A DNA stretch of 63,973 nt, the filler included, from Barthelona sp. PAP020 (Eukaryota), in NCBI GenBank assembly GCA_040182905.1. It is 3 parts of 3 records of this genome, joined end to end, with 100 filler letters (N's around TTAATTAATTAA, not from the genome) between each part and the next. Parts side by side here need not be neighbours in the genome. Positions count along the whole stretch, not along the records: positions 43,944 to 63,973 come from JARQWU010000194.1; 2 more parts are not named here. One strand, written 5' to 3'. How positions within the stretch are numbered: position 1 is the first letter of the stretch; each line of letters opens with the position of its first letter. The translations under genes were made by a program, and so were the position numbers. Under the pieces are notes generated by a model. The model ran no database searches and was not told where the DNA came from. It saw nothing but the letters and a program-made list of their open reading frames with translations. Shown piece by piece: positions 52,491 through 62,990 of the stretch.

Positions 52491-54002
52491 ATGGTGATTA
52501 ATATATTTTCTAAAAATGCGTCAAATGAAATAGAAAATGTATGCAAACAATGGTATTCAAAAGAAATTCATTTGGATGATTATGAAGATGTGTGTTTGTT
52601 GGGACGAGGCAGATATGGAGAAATACACAAAGGAAAGGATAGAGAACAATCCAACAGATGTTATGCTCTTAAAAAATTGAAAGAATACAAATCACACAAA
52701 AATGATGATGAAAATTCTGGAAAACAGCAAAAACCAGTTAAAAAAGATCCTCTTAATTTTCCTTGCAACTCCTACAGGGAAGTTTTGTTGTTAAAACATT
52801 TTGTTCATCAGAATATTGTAAAATTACATGAAGTTGGTTATGAAAAAGATGAAAATTCCCAGTATACATGGATGATTTTTGAATATTGTCCTTTTGATAT
52901 GGCAGGGTTATTAAAATTGGAAAATAAGTCCCCTATTTATAAAAATCCAAGCTGTTTAAGATACATCATCCTTTCTTTGTTACAAGCTATTGATTTTCTG
53001 CATGAAAACATGGTTATACATCGTGATTTAAAGCCAGCGAATTTGTTCTTTACCAAAGAAGGAATTTTAAAGGTTGGGGATTTTGGATTAGGAAGGAAAC
53101 TAACAGAGTTTCCATGTAAGCTTACCCCAAATTTAGTTTCTGAGTACTATCGAGCTCCAGAAATCTTTTATGGTTCCAATAGATACGATTATGGAGTTGA
53201 TATTTGGAGTATTGGTTGCATTATGGCTGAATTAATAATTGGAAGAAAATTATTTCATGGAACTGGTTCAATTGAAATCATAGATTGCATACATACGTAT
53301 TGTGGCTATCCAATTCTAGCAGAATGGGAAGAATTAATGTCATACAACAAGTCTAAAGTTATTTTAAAGAGACAAGAACGATTGACTAAAGAGTATTCGA
53401 CCAATGAAAAGTTAAGAAATTTGCTTGGGAAGGAAATTCCTCCTGGATGTCATGCTGTTGATTTAATTTGTAAAATGCTGTCTGTAAATCCAAAACATCG
53501 AATAACAGCGAAAGATGCTTTAAAGCATCCTTTCTTTAAAGGTCCCATTCGAAGACCCAATTTAAATGGAATTCCAGCGTTGCATGATTATAATGCAAGA
53601 GGTACTATTTCTAAGCATAGTGAAAGAATTTCAAAGATTTTGGAAAGAAATAATACTCCTCACCAACCATTAGTAAATTCATCGGTTAATTCTAACCCTA
53701 ATACAAATAAAATAAACAAAGATGGCAATAAAATCATTGAAATGGAAAATGACGTTTCAAAAGCAGTATCCAATGCAACTGACAGAAATGCCAGCGTTTT
53801 TTGTGAATTTGATGAAATTAAAAAAACACCTGCATTGAATATGAACCAAAATTTCAACCAATCTCAATCGTTGTCAGCGAAATCTGAACATATTTTAAAT
53901 ACTGACAATGTTGATCAAAATAAGGATTCCATTTCGCCATCAAAAACAAAATTCAAGCGTGTTTCTGGAAGGGGACGTGTTATCACACGAAATAAAAAGT
54001 AG
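52491..54002 (+). CDS. Cyclin-dependent (CMGC) protein kinase, transcriptional CDK-like
   Basis: GRGRYG, ALKK, FPCNSYRE in the PSTAIRE position, HRDLKPAN, DFGLGR, YRAPE, DIWSIGC. Confidence 0.9.
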   Translation: MVINIFSKNASNEIENVCKQWYSKEIHLDDYEDVCLLGRGRYGEIHKGKDREQSNRCYALKKLKEYKSHKNDDENSGKQQKPVKKDPLNFPCNSYREVLLLKHFVHQNIVKLHEVGYEKDENSQYTWMIFEYCPFDMAGLLKLENKSPIYKNPSCLRYIILSLLQAIDFLHENMVIHRDLKPANLFFTKEGILKVGDFGLGRKLTEFPCKLTPNLVSEYYRAPEIFYGSNRYDYGVDIWSIGCIMAELIIGRKLFHGTGSIEIIDCIHTYCGYPILAEWEELMSYNKSKVILKRQERLTKEYSTNEKLRNLLGKEIPPGCHAVDLICKMLSVNPKHRITAKDALKHPFFKGPIRRPNLNGIPALHDYNARGTISKHSERISKILERNNTPHQPLVNSSVNSNPNTNKINKDGNKIIEMENDVSKAVSNATDRNASVFCEFDEIKKTPALNMNQNFNQSQSLSAKSEHILNTDNVDQNKDSISPSKTKFKRVSGRGRVITRNKK

Positions 54003-54565
54003 ATTCATACTTTTTGCTTAAAAATTTACTATTTTTAAAAGAATAAACTCATTTTTATTTTAAAATTGTCTTTGGCATCTTATTGTTGCTTAATAACATG
54101 AACAAACATTTTGGAGACAAACTTAGGTGTGTGGATGTGATGAGTACTTGTATGTTCTGCTAAATTTTCCTTTTTTTCTTTAAAAAATTGACAAACTCAT
54201 CAAAGTCTTTCCACATTTTATAACAATGTATTTTATTTTTTCTTATAAAAAAATCTATTTTATATGTTTCACAATATTCTCATCATTGTTTTATTATTAT
54301 TTTTTGGAGGTTCTAATATTAAAAAATGTAAATAATTAATTATTTACAGTGTAAATTTGTTCAATCATAATTTTGTATGTATTCAGTTTGATTGTTAATT
54401 AATTTTGTTTAATAAGAATTAACAATTTTATTTTAACTAATTACAACGTTTCATTGTAATGTTGAAATAACTTAAAATATCATAAAAATGATTATTTCAA
54501 CAAACACCATTCTTTGAAAGTCTTTTTTTTTTTGTGAGTTTATTAAACTTACCACTTTTAAATTG

Positions 54566-55678
54566 ATGAATTCAAATCAACATTCACAAAATATACCCGT
54601 TTCACCAATATTAAATACAAAATCTTTTAAAAGTAACTTTACCACACATACTTTTGATGCATATGGATTCGAAATGAATGAAGATAGCCCTTTAAATGAT
54701 TTTGATAGAAGTCAAGACCGAGAAAATATGCCATGTTGGTTAAAAATTTTAGAAAATTGGGATGCATTTTATTCATTTGGTTTTGCAACTTCAAAACCCT
54801 CACGATATAATGAATTGAAAGAATTGGTAAGAAAGGGAATTCCAAATTGTTTAAGAGGAAGAGTTTGGTATCAATTATTGGGTTTGAAAGAATTGAAGCA
54901 AAGAAATGCAAAGCTTTACGAAATTTCTTTAAATACAAAATTAAGACATGAAGATGAGCATCAGATCAAATTAGACCTGGAAAGAAGCTTTCCAACGTCT
55001 AGATTTTTCAAAGATCGTAATAGCGTTAATTTAGAAAGTTTGCAAAGAGTTTTACACGCTATAACTATATATGATGAGGAAGTTGGGTATGTTCAAGGAA
55101 TGTCGTACATTGGTGGTGGATTACTGATGTATTTGGAGGAAGAAGATGTATTTTTTGCTTTGGTAAGATTGTTACATTTGTCACCATTCAATTTAATCGG
55201 TCTTTATGCCGAGGGGCTTCCATTATTGGACAAATATTTACATATCACCAACAAGTTACTTGAAAAGAACTCTTCAAAAGTTTTAAAAAAGTTGGGGGAA
55301 CAGAGAAATCTTATAGATACAGTTTTTATTGGCTGGTATTTGTCTTTGTTTGTGTATCATTTCAAATGGTCGACTACTTTGAGGATCTGGGATTGTTTGT
55401 TTTTAGAAGGAGTAAAGATTCTGTTTCGCATAGCTATTTCAATGGTAAATCTGTCTTATAATGTTTTAGACAGTGTAGAAGAACATAGTAGATTGGAATT
55501 GATTCAGAAAACGTTGCCTGCAACAATAAACGCTGATGAGTTGTTGCGAGAAGCTTTTGAAATTCACTTGAGCAAAAAACATATTCAAAACTATTCCAAT
55601 GAATTTGATGATAAGGCTTTTAATGATGGTTCATGGAATGAAAATTGGGAGTTACTTCAAATGCCCATTTTTAATTAG
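54566..55678 (+). CDS. TBC-domain Rab GTPase-activating protein
   Basis: FDAYGF, VRKGIPNCLRGRVW, QIKLDLERSF (Arg finger), GYVQGM (Gln finger), LRIWDCLFLEG. Confidence 0.93.
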   Translation: MNSNQHSQNIPVSPILNTKSFKSNFTTHTFDAYGFEMNEDSPLNDFDRSQDRENMPCWLKILENWDAFYSFGFATSKPSRYNELKELVRKGIPNCLRGRVWYQLLGLKELKQRNAKLYEISLNTKLRHEDEHQIKLDLERSFPTSRFFKDRNSVNLESLQRVLHAITIYDEEVGYVQGMSYIGGGLLMYLEEEDVFFALVRLLHLSPFNLIGLYAEGLPLLDKYLHITNKLLEKNSSKVLKKLGEQRNLIDTVFIGWYLSLFVYHFKWSTTLRIWDCLFLEGVKILFRIAISMVNLSYNVLDSVEEHSRLELIQKTLPATINADELLREAFEIHLSKKHIQNYSNEFDDKAFNDGSWNENWELLQMPIFN

Positions 55679-55986
55679 GTTGTTAATTTTTTTTTTTTTG
55701 TTAAACCCTTTTTATTGATATTTGTAAATTAATTGTATAAGTTCTTCTTTTTTTTTGAAACAATTTAACGTTATGTTAAAAACAAAAAGAAAATTTCATT
55801 GAATATCTTTAATTTTTTCAATGAAAAGCCTTGTAAAAAAAGTTAATAACTTTATATTGTTAATAAATTATGTAAATTATGTGAAAACGAACAACACATA
55901 GACATATCAATTGTTTTTGATTGAGTATTTGTTTTTTGTTTTAATTTTTTTATATATTGTGAAATTATTGATAATTAACAAACTTC

Positions 55987-57471
55987 ATGGTTGAATTACA
56001 AATATTATCAAAAGTATATGATGATTTACAAAAAATTGTTTCAAAGAATCAATTTACATTCTTTATTGGACTTGAGATCAAGAATATTCCTACTATATTA
56101 TATTATCATACAATTGACATTGATTTTAAGAAAAAAAATCCCCCCAGTCAAAACAATATTGAGACCAAAAAGATTGACACTATTGAATCTCAATTTGAAC
56201 CTTTTAGAAAATATTATCCTTTGAATACCAAGATAATTGGTATAAGTAGACATTATGATTCTCAAATTTCTCCTAATATATATTTTTTTGGTGAAGATGG
56301 TAGATTTTACAATTTTGAGAATACTTTTATTGAATTTGAAGTGATAAATAAAATAAACTTAAACGTATTATACTTGATTGGAAATATTTATTCAATAGAT
56401 AGTGAGAAACGGATCAAATATACAAATGGCAGTATGAATCATTTATTGATGGATGCATTAGAATCAACCCAAACAAATATTAACACTCTTGGATCTAATA
56501 CAGAGGAAAATATCATTGTGGGTCATATTATGGAGAATGTTGTTGATTGTGTGTTTTTTGAACGAACTTATTCAGTACATTTTTGTCTTTTGCTAAGCAA
56601 AAATAATTTAAAAACAAAAAAGTTTGTCAAAACTTTAGATACTTATCTTACCGAATACTTAGCCTTGGCTTGTGACACTTCATTCTTTTATTTTGATGAC
56701 CAACATAAAATTCCCGTAAATTCAGAATTGGAGACTATTGAAAAGAATCATTTGTTTCCTTCAAGATTTCACTTGGATTTCAACATTATTGAAATTGAAA
56801 CAATATGTCGACGTTTATGTAATGTACATCTCTCCTCAAAGTTTGATGAAACAATGACACATGGTATCGAAGGGGATTACATCTATTTCCACTACAAACA
56901 AGATGATGAAAATGATATTGGTTGGGGTTGTGCTTATAGATCTCTTCAATTGTTAATTTCATACGTTGTTTTAAACAATAAACAATTGTACCATCGATTC
57001 CGTGAGTTTACCAACACTCCAGAGATGTTTTGTTTGAATATTAAACAAATTCAAGAATTATTGGTTGAAATAGGGGATAAAGATTGTTCCTTCATTGATT
57101 CAAATCAATGGATTGGCAGTGTTGAATGCAGTTTTATATTACAAAGATTATTCGATGGTTCAATAGAATGCGTTTTAAAATATATAAATTTTAGTGATCT
57201 CAATGATGTTTTAGATGTTATTCAACTCTTACAGAGACATTTTAGTGAAAATCATTCTCCAATAATGATGGCTTCAGGACAATATGCCTATACAATGCTT
57301 GGTATCAATACAAATAGTCGTCAAAACCCTCAATTTTTAATTGCTGATCCTCATTATGTTGGGAAAGATATTGTTGAAAATGTTGTTAAAGGTGGTGGTG
57401 TGAGATGGGTTAAAAGGTCTTTTTTTGCCAAAGATTCAAATACTACACTGTGTCTTTTTAAATTAACTTAA
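55987..57471 (+). CDS. UFSP2: UFM1-specific protease 2-like (peptidase C78)
   Basis: GDYIYFHYKQD...DIGWGCAYRSLQ, QWIGSVE, ADPHY catalytic motifs; N-terminal extension as in UFSP2. Confidence 0.88.
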   Translation: MVELQILSKVYDDLQKIVSKNQFTFFIGLEIKNIPTILYYHTIDIDFKKKNPPSQNNIETKKIDTIESQFEPFRKYYPLNTKIIGISRHYDSQISPNIYFFGEDGRFYNFENTFIEFEVINKINLNVLYLIGNIYSIDSEKRIKYTNGSMNHLLMDALESTQTNINTLGSNTEENIIVGHIMENVVDCVFFERTYSVHFCLLLSKNNLKTKKFVKTLDTYLTEYLALACDTSFFYFDDQHKIPVNSELETIEKNHLFPSRFHLDFNIIEIETICRRLCNVHLSSKFDETMTHGIEGDYIYFHYKQDDENDIGWGCAYRSLQLLISYVVLNNKQLYHRFREFTNTPEMFCLNIKQIQELLVEIGDKDCSFIDSNQWIGSVECSFILQRLFDGSIECVLKYINFSDLNDVLDVIQLLQRHFSENHSPIMMASGQYAYTMLGINTNSRQNPQFLIADPHYVGKDIVENVVKGGGVRWVKRSFFAKDSNTTLCLFKLT

Positions 57472-57713
57472 CAATGGTTGGATATCTTCTTGTAAATTTA
57501 TTTGCCTGCTTCTTTTTTTCATTCAAAAATATTTGTAAATATAAAAGATTTGTGATAAAAATATTAAATCCTTTTCGTAAATATATAATTTAGAAAAAAA
57601 AAAAAACTTTGAAATTTGTGAAAAAAGGAACAAACACAAAACCACAAAAATTTTACAAATTTTACACAAAAAAAATTTAAATTGTGAATCAACATAAATA
57701 ACGTATATACATT

Positions 57714-58982
57714 TTAAATAACATAATTGTCACTTGGTCTTGAATTCTTATTTTTATTTTTCTCAGTGTACCAAACTCCAACAACTAACACAGCAACAAT
57801 AGCAGCAAATGCCAACAAACCCCACCAATTAAATGGTTGATCAAAAAAATCATGTGATGGAGGGTTTAAAACAGTCTTACAAATTGAAGGACCAAACCAA
57901 AAACTACTATTTCTAACTTTTACTCCATCATCTGACTCTCCAGTTGAGATAACAAGCTGATAATAATCAGTGGACACAAGACCAACCCCAAAATGATTAT
58001 TTATTTGCTCATTTGGATAATAAAATAAAAATGGACTTAATGAATTAGCCAGAACATTAAACATGACAATTGCACCGTATTTTTTATTATCAGAGCCATA
58101 ATTTGCTTGACTTAATACAACCTTATCATTCAAACATCCTATCAAGCTCAGGCCAGAAACAGAATAATCATAATTTTCAGTGTACTGTTGCAGAGTAATT
58201 GTAGTTTCTGAAGTTGGCTTGTAAAATAACAAATAATTTTGAGTTTTAACAACATAAAAGTTTTCAGTATGTGCCGCTGCAAAAGAACCTGATAACTTTG
58301 TGTTTTGGGTAGAACTTAATGAATAAAAAGCATATGCACCTTGATATACTTTGACAAAGAACTTACTTTGATAGGTATACATCAAAACATTGTTTTGAGC
58401 TCCTAAATATTCATAATACTTTGAATACTGACTTTTATGCAGGTTTTTATTTTCAATATCATAAGAAAAACACATACCATAAATAGATTTCAACAAATCA
58501 GTCTCTGTTCTTCTGACAAAACCATAAAAAAAACCATCATGATAGGAAAACTTTCCAGAATGATCATAATCAATAGAAAGAGAAATAATATTGTTAACAC
58601 TACAAACTTCGTCAATATTAATTATTTTAAGTTGAGTATTATAATGTAAAATAAACACTTTGTGAGTGGATGATACAGCTGGCTTAACCACTTTTAGTGA
58701 AGCATCAAAAGCAGTTGAACAAACCAATTCAGCATTACCACTATAATCAACTTTGTAAACTGAGGCTTTATACTCATCATTGTCATTGCATTGCAATAAC
58801 ACAGAATATTCGGAATTACCTCCAATTAAACTATCATATTGATGAACAGCAGGCAAACCTAATTGATTAGAACTCTTTGAATTTGTGTTGTTTAATATCG
58901 TTTGATAATTATATTGATAGCAATACATATTTAAAAAAAACAAGAACAACACAAATATTCCTTTTGTCTTCAAAAATATCAT
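57714..58982 (-). CDS. Type I membrane protein of unknown function
   Basis: Hydrophobic N-terminus, beta-rich Tyr/Ser ectodomain, C-terminal TM WWGLLAFAAIVAVLVVGVWY, short tail ending NYVI. Confidence 0.75.
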   Translation of the reverse strand: MIFLKTKGIFVLFLFFLNMYCYQYNYQTILNNTNSKSSNQLGLPAVHQYDSLIGGNSEYSVLLQCNDNDEYKASVYKVDYSGNAELVCSTAFDASLKVVKPAVSSTHKVFILHYNTQLKIINIDEVCSVNNIISLSIDYDHSGKFSYHDGFFYGFVRRTETDLLKSIYGMCFSYDIENKNLHKSQYSKYYEYLGAQNNVLMYTYQSKFFVKVYQGAYAFYSLSSTQNTKLSGSFAAAHTENFYVVKTQNYLLFYKPTSETTITLQQYTENYDYSVSGLSLIGCLNDKVVLSQANYGSDNKKYGAIVMFNVLANSLSPFLFYYPNEQINNHFGVGLVSTDYYQLVISTGESDDGVKVRNSSFWFGPSICKTVLNPPSHDFFDQPFNWWGLLAFAAIVAVLVVGVWYTEKNKNKNSRPSDNYVI

Positions 58983-59189
58983 TGTGCATAAATAAAATAG
59001 TTAAAAAATTTTTTTTCTCCAGAAAATGCTTTTCTTTTAAAATTTATGTATCCCTAATCATTTAAAAAAAAAGAAGCCTGTTGAAAGACAGAAAATTATT
59101 TGCTTCTATCAGAAATTTTCAATTCTTTGCGAACTTAACCAATAATACGAACACAAAAATGAAGAAAACTTTAAATCAGTTAAATAAAT

Positions 59190-60401
59190 ATGAGTATCCA
59201 ATACAAAATAGCCAATATTGAACTTGCAAAAAACGGAAAAGAAGAAATAAAATTTGCTGAATTAGATTTATGCGGATTGGCTGGATTAAGAAAAGAATAT
59301 ATTTCAAAAAAACCATTATTAGGCATATTTGTTGTTGGATGTTCAAAAATAACACGGCACACAGCTGTATTAATAGAAACGTTAGTATTATTGGGTGCTA
59401 AAGTTAGATGGGCGGCATCTGGACGAAATGTTACCAGTGATCATGTTGCTGCTGCAATTGCAAGTGCAGGAATACCCATATTTGCCTGGAGAGAAATGCA
59501 TAAACATCAATATTGGTGGGCAATTGAACAAGCTGCATTAAAAGATCCAGATTTTAATTTAAACTATGTCATTGATGAGAGTGGGGACTTAATTTTCTAT
59601 CTTCAAAGGGAACATCCTTCTGTTGCAAAGAACATACTTGGAGCTATATTATTGAGTGAAAAGGCCATTTCAACTGTAACACGTTTCATAGAAAAGAGGT
59701 TGATAAATTATCCAATCATTTCTTTACATCATTCAAGTCTATTGCTGGAATTAAAGGCAATAGCCACATGGGATACCCTGTCGTTTGTATTAAGAAACTC
59801 ATTCATGTATTCATTGACAAATAAAAATGTGATTATTGTTGGATACAATTACATGGGCTCATTACTGGCTAAACGATTCAGAAATAGTGGTTGTCTTGTT
59901 GATATAGTGGATACTGATCCTATTTTGGTGTTTAGAGCACGAATGGATGGTTTTAAGACTCATTTCTCTTTAGTTACTCCAATTTCATCAACAATATTGT
60001 TATTTACAAGAGTTATGGATGAGTTGAAGTCCAGCTATTTATTTACTCTACCCGATGGTTGTGTGTTGATCAATTTAACATCTGTGGAATTAACCAACTT
60101 TTTATCATTCACCCAACAAAATAAGTATAAAAAGACAAATAATATGATCATTACACGAAATCATGGGCAAAGATTAGTATTTTTGGCAATGTCAGGGACA
60201 GACTTTTTGTCAATGGATCCAAATGGTCCTTCTAATCTTCTTATGAGCTATTTGTACACGAACACTATTTTAGCATTATCCGATGTGCATGAAAATTCTA
60301 AAATTCCTGTGACTCAAGCTAGATACAAACCAAATAAAGTCTATCAATTGGCAATTGAATTGGAAAGACAATCCTGCTATTATCACTCCAAAGATCAGTA
60401 A
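59190..60401 (+). CDS. Adenosylhomocysteinase (SAHH/AHCY)-like protein, probably catalytically inactive
   Basis: YKIANIELAKNGKEEIKFAE, TAVLIETLVLLGAKVRWA, DHVAAAIASAGIPIFAW, YWWAIEQ, DTDPI...ARMDGF; catalytic motifs substituted. Confidence 0.85.
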   Translation: MSIQYKIANIELAKNGKEEIKFAELDLCGLAGLRKEYISKKPLLGIFVVGCSKITRHTAVLIETLVLLGAKVRWAASGRNVTSDHVAAAIASAGIPIFAWREMHKHQYWWAIEQAALKDPDFNLNYVIDESGDLIFYLQREHPSVAKNILGAILLSEKAISTVTRFIEKRLINYPIISLHHSSLLLELKAIATWDTLSFVLRNSFMYSLTNKNVIIVGYNYMGSLLAKRFRNSGCLVDIVDTDPILVFRARMDGFKTHFSLVTPISSTILLFTRVMDELKSSYLFTLPDGCVLINLTSVELTNFLSFTQQNKYKKTNNMIITRNHGQRLVFLAMSGTDFLSMDPNGPSNLLMSYLYTNTILALSDVHENSKIPVTQARYKPNKVYQLAIELERQSCYYHSKDQ

Positions 60402-60475
60402 TTAGTACATGAAACTCTTGGTTTTTTTTTGGTCTAAAAATAAACAACCTATTTATATTGTGACCGAAACAACGT

Positions 60476-61117
60476 TTAGACGATGAATAGATCAGAGCCT
60501 GTATATATCCATTGTTGAGTATCTCTTTTAGCATTCGAAAATGAAAAAGATTCCCTTTCACTTTTCATTGGTTTATGACCAGAAGATAATGGTACAACAT
60601 CTTCTTGTTTAATGCCAAATAATTCAGGCCTTTTGGTTCTTTTGATCGTAACACCTGATTTGATTTCTGAACCAGGTATCTTCTTGGTGGTATCTTCAAT
60701 ATGAACATCATATTTCGGTCCCGGTGCAAATATATACTTTTGTTCAGTTCTTTTTACAGTTTGATCAACTAATAAACGATTATCAAAACTTTTTGTTGTT
60801 TTATAATGTTTGTTATCTATTTCATTAGGATTTATTGTTTGTACATCTTCAATTTCTTTTTTTAAAGTGGGAGATTTAATACTCCTCAAAAAATCTGCAT
60901 ATGAGTTTGTAGATTTATTGTTTTGATCATTCCAAAGATTCTTTTTTGTTTTTAAATTCTTTTTGGGTGAATAGACTGTAAAAGCATTGAATTTTTTTCG
61001 TGATTGATTTCTAGATATCTTTGAATTATTTTTAGAGCTAGCTCTTGAATTCAACTTGTAAAGTAAATTATTTTTCAAAGATTGACTCGCTTGTCTTGAA
61101 AATTCTCCTACTGGCAT
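60476..61117 (-). CDS. Basic hypothetical protein with a PGP-type motif (APGPKY)
   Basis: Intact 213-aa ORF; single APGPKYDV and SFSFSNAKR, weakly like SHIPPO/STPG repeats. Confidence 0.55.
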   Translation of the reverse strand: MPVGEFSRQASQSLKNNLLYKLNSRASSKNNSKISRNQSRKKFNAFTVYSPKKNLKTKKNLWNDQNNKSTNSYADFLRSIKSPTLKKEIEDVQTINPNEIDNKHYKTTKSFDNRLLVDQTVKRTEQKYIFAPGPKYDVHIEDTTKKIPGSEIKSGVTIKRTKRPELFGIKQEDVVPLSSGHKPMKSERESFSFSNAKRDTQQWIYTGSDLFIV

Positions 61118-61238
61118 GGACTTAATTTCTCAATTTTCCTATTTTTTTATTAAAAAAATAGTATTGATTTGAAAAAAAAATAAAACGGAATTCAAAATTT
61201 TTTATTATCCTTTTTAAAGATTATATGCTTTGAAATAT

Positions 61239-62288
61239 ATGACTGTTGAGAAAACAGTAATTGAAAAGAACGAAAAAACAACTTTTATTTGTGAATTCAA
61301 ATATTGTAGAAAAGAATTTAACAGTCTTGAAGAATTAAATGATCATTCATTAACTCATACAGGAGCTAAACCATATGTATGTCCTTTTTCTGGGTGTAAT
61401 AAAGCATATTGCCAACCAAATCAATTAAAAAGACATATTAGATCTTCACATACCAAAGAAAAACTATTTCAATGTTCCATATGTGGATTACATTTTGTTT
61501 CATCATCAAATTTGAAACGTCATCAAAAATATCATGAGGAAGCTCATCCATATCAATGTGAGCATTGTGATGAAAAGTTTCGTAAAAAAGCTCAATTGAG
61601 AACTCACATAAAAGAAGTTCACAACATTTTACCGCATGTTTGCAAAGAATGTGGTGCTTCATTTGAATATCCATCAAAGTTAAAAAGACATATTGAAACT
61701 CATCATAGTATACGAGTTAGTACTCCAAAACGAGAAAACGATAGAGAAAAGGAAATGAATTCTTTGGAAAGGATATGCCCAGTTTGTGGTAAACAATTCA
61801 AAAATAAGATAAACATGGTTGAGCATGTAAAAGAAGTTCATGAAAAGACTGAATGTTTTGAATGTTCCTTTTGTGGCAGAAGTTTTGTTCGTCTTAGAAA
61901 TTTGAAAGCCCATATTAAAAGAGTGCATGAGAAAACGGAGCAGTTTCCTTGTGAATTTTGCGGTAAAACGTTTTCTTATAAGCATACAATGAAACGACAT
62001 CAACTTATATGTTCAAGAAATCCAGAAAAGGACGAAAAACTTGCTGAAGAAAAGAGTGAAACAGTTATTTTTGATAATAAAGCAAAAGATATTCGCACTA
62101 GACTTGTTTCCCCAGCTTTAATGAATTATGGACGATTAAAAGCTGCTCCCAAAGTTTCTTCAAACAACTCAAAAAATTTTAGTACAAACATAGAAATTGG
62201 CAATCAATTTAATACAAAGGATGTTATTACAATTGAAAATAGTCTTGAAACCGAAGAATTTGATACATTTGATGAGATGGTTTTGTGA
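61239..62288 (+). CDS. Multi-C2H2 zinc-finger protein (8 fingers), TFIIIA-like
   Basis: FICEFKYC...HSLTHTGAKPYVCPFSGC...LKRHIRSSH start resembles TFIIIA; seven C2H2 fingers plus one C2HC. Confidence 0.75.
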   Translation: MTVEKTVIEKNEKTTFICEFKYCRKEFNSLEELNDHSLTHTGAKPYVCPFSGCNKAYCQPNQLKRHIRSSHTKEKLFQCSICGLHFVSSSNLKRHQKYHEEAHPYQCEHCDEKFRKKAQLRTHIKEVHNILPHVCKECGASFEYPSKLKRHIETHHSIRVSTPKRENDREKEMNSLERICPVCGKQFKNKINMVEHVKEVHEKTECFECSFCGRSFVRLRNLKAHIKRVHEKTEQFPCEFCGKTFSYKHTMKRHQLICSRNPEKDEKLAEEKSETVIFDNKAKDIRTRLVSPALMNYGRLKAAPKVSSNNSKNFSTNIEIGNQFNTKDVITIENSLETEEFDTFDEMVL

Positions 62289-62557
62289 ATAAAAATGGAG
62301 GTGGAATATTTATTTCTGAAGCAAACAATAGTTATTAATCAATTAAATAAACAATTTTTGGAGAGTGGAATGATTTTTTTGGAAAGTGGAATCATGGCTT
62401 TTTTTTCTTTGTAAAAGGACAATTTTTTTTTTTCTTGTAATAATAAAACACCAACTTTACAACTCTATGATTTGGGAGAAAAGAATCAACCCATGAAAGA
62501 AACGACTAGATGTAAGGGAACCTCCACGGCTCTCAAAATTTTTAAAAAAAAGAGAAC

Positions 62558-62684
62558 GGCAGTTACCCAGAAATTTGACTGCCTAGCTTCTTATTCAGTG
62601 AACGACTGGGAGCACCGATGTCTCAGCACCACTTCCTTAGGGTACTGCAAGAGTGTGGCTGCGTGGCTTCAGAATAAAGAAGTT
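62558..62684 (+). ncRNA. Candidate structured non-coding RNA (unassigned)
   Basis: GC-enriched intergenic island with four helices; G-U wobbles favour the + strand. Confidence 0.4.
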
Positions 62685-62990
62685 AATATTTTAAATTTTT
62701 CCGCAAATAAGACTTGACCATTAATCGAAATCAATCAAAGGTTAATTCCTTTAGCAGTTGAAAAGTTGGTTTTCCACAAGAAAAAACCTCCTCGCTTCAC
62801 AAGTTGAATTTATTTCCTTTCATTGTTTCATTGCTTTTAGAAACACTGTAAGTTTGAGTGAATGAAAAAGAATATGAGGATGTTACAGTTATGCCTTCTT
62901 GGCTTGGAAATAATAAAAAGTAAGTTTTCCGTAAATTATTTATAATTTATAAATAAAAAAGACTAAATGAGCAATCAAAAATAAAAAAAA

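Noticed and set aside
62625..62666. U2 snRNA: - strand CCACGCA...TTGCAGTACC...AGGAA..GGTGC resembles U2 stem-loop IV
   Set aside because: No U2 5' half (GTGTAGTA branch-pairing region) or properly placed Sm site upstream on that strand
62472..62717. 81-aa ORF over the GC-rich island
   Set aside because: TTG start in a eukaryote, no recognisable domain; better explained by locally higher GC
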